Source of the DNA: Catajapyx aquilonaris
Lineage: Eukaryota
Length of the DNA: 64,000 nucleotides
Assembly (NCBI GenBank): GCA_000934665.2
Contig: KZ538345.1
Location: 1 to 64,000, forward strand
Reading direction: 5' to 3'
The translations under genes were made by a program, and so were the position numbers. The notes beneath the pieces were generated by a model. That model was not told the origin of the DNA, did not search any database, and worked only from the letters and a program-made list of their open reading frames with translations. Shown here in pieces: positions 62,401 to 64,000 of this stretch (position 1 is the first letter of the stretch; each line of letters starts with the position of its first letter).

Positions 62401-63490
62401 CGTTTATGTCTGTTATGCACTTATGACGTTGTGTGTCTGAAGGGCTAGTATACGTATAGGTCCGTTGATGATGTCGTGCAGGTCCATAACACTGTCACGT
62501 TTGTTGCCATTAACTGTGATATTAATAGCATTCAAGTCAATGGGCGGTCGGAGCAAAATATATTTCCTTAAGAAACTATTATTGGCGCTCTCGTTTGGCA
62601 CTACCTTGGAAGATCTCCATTCCAGTATTTCTTACATCAAAGACACTTCCTATTCGTATCCCATTTTTAGCAATGTCATTATGCAACAGGTTGTACCACT
62701 CCAGCATTCTCATATTAAAGCCAAAATGAGCTACTGACTAATTGAACGTCCTTTACAACGCAATTCAAAAGTGACTCCAACAGTCACACGTTTTGAAATT
62801 GACATAATTATTACCTGGGCAGTGTTTATTAGGCGCCACATCCTCGACTCCACCTGAGACCATCCTTTCCAGCCCCTAACCGACTCCTTACAGAGTACGC
62901 CCACGGGCCATCTGCACAGGGCAGAACCAGTTTTGGAGCACTTCTAGAGGGAGGACCAACCATCAGGAGTACGTCGGTGCTGTTGGCCAAAACGTGTGCC
63001 ATAAATTACAGGCCAGAGGTTGGGTAGGGGGCAAAAAAGGGTAAGTGACGGATGACGGATAAAGGAAATGAAAATGGCCACCACCGGAAGTTGAGACGTT
63101 ATTTTTATTGGTGGAGCTGACCTGAGAGAGATTTATAGCGTTTATCCGGACTAGTTACGTTGTAAGGCTCGGGAGCTAAGGAGGGCAATCAGCATAACAA
63201 TGCACACTGACGGTAAAGTTGCCCACTTTTTGCTCCTTTCCTTAAAGGGTGCTCCTCCACTTCCAAGTGTTTAATCCGCTTAATGTCGTGTACTCTGTCC
63301 GATGTCCCGATTGCAGGGACCACCTTGAAGCTGAATACAAATTGCGAACTTGCCCTCTTTGGCGTGAAGTCTTGATCACTTGGAGGGATATCAGGGTGGC
63401 GCCCAATTCAAATGGGTGCCAATGACCTGAGTTCGATCCGTGGTGGGGCTTGTTGTCCATGATTGACATGATTCAACTTGCTATTTCCAG

Positions 63491-63679
63491 CCTGCAACTG
63501 CAACCTGCACGCTCGCCGTTGCCGGTTCAACATGGAGCTGTACAAATTGTCCGGACGGGTCTCAGGCGGCGTGTGTCTCAAATGCCGACACAACACGGCG
63601 GGTCGACATTGCCACTACTGCAAGGAGGGTTTCTACAGGGACCCATCTAAACCCATCACCCATCGCAAGGCCTGCAAAG
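63491..63679 (+). CDS. Net: Netrin, second coding exon (laminin EGF repeat 2)
   Basis: Acceptor ctatttccag|, phase 1, matching the exon 1 donor. Reads [63 protein letters not shown]. Donor G|GTAGGC. The remaining exons lie beyond the window. Confidence 0.97.
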
Positions 63680-64000
63680 GTAGGCCTGCTCACTTTGCTC
63701 ATTCAAGTGTATGCAACGAGGAACAGTCCCATGCTGTACAAGATAGGACGGTAAGGCTTTGCACGTGTGAGTGTGTGAGACGAGTGTGTGTGTTGGTAGT
63801 GGAAATCAAGGGCAACCTTTTTTAGGTGAATGATGCATGCCAGAAACGTCGCCAAAACCTTTTTCCTCCACCTTGACACCTTCCCAAACACGTTCGTATC
63901 CAAAGCAAAGCAGACATCGATCCCCAGACCATATGACAGCCTGCGTCAGCTTATGTAACGACCCAGTTTTCGATTTTCTGCGCTTCTCCTGTCGAGGGTG

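Overview
Eukaryotic, almost certainly arthropod, genomic DNA (GT-AG introns, a divergent ionotropic receptor, TTAGG-like repeats, tRNA-derived SINEs, assembly gaps). Four host genes can be supported. (1) The last two exons of a poly(A)-binding protein (MLLE/PABC domain, + strand, ~9092-11526), fused at the 5' side to a decayed antisense LINE. (2) A complete 7-exon divergent ionotropic receptor (+, 17724-20240, 706 aa by my exon join). (3) The first two coding exons of a netrin (+, 29601-30768 and 63491-63679), separated by a 32.7-kb intron; the gene continues past the window. (4) A divergent PP1-like Ser/Thr phosphatase (-, 51024-52118, possibly starting at 52235 via a 48-nt intron) nested antisense in the netrin intron. 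The first ~15.5 kb is a dense pile of transposon relics: hAT-like, pogo, Buster-type hAT, Sola-like and Tc1/mariner MITEs, LINE RT and ORF1, and several SINE families, with a reconstructable nesting order. The best candidate for something undescribed is the nested phosphatase locus. Its catalytic core is intronless and retrogene-like, the metal-binding motifs are intact, the inhibitor-binding loop and acidic groove are remodelled, it has a Thr/Gly repeat N-terminus, and three inverted repeats lie downstream. No database search was possible; family assignments rest on recalled motifs, and I cannot show that any system here is truly novel.
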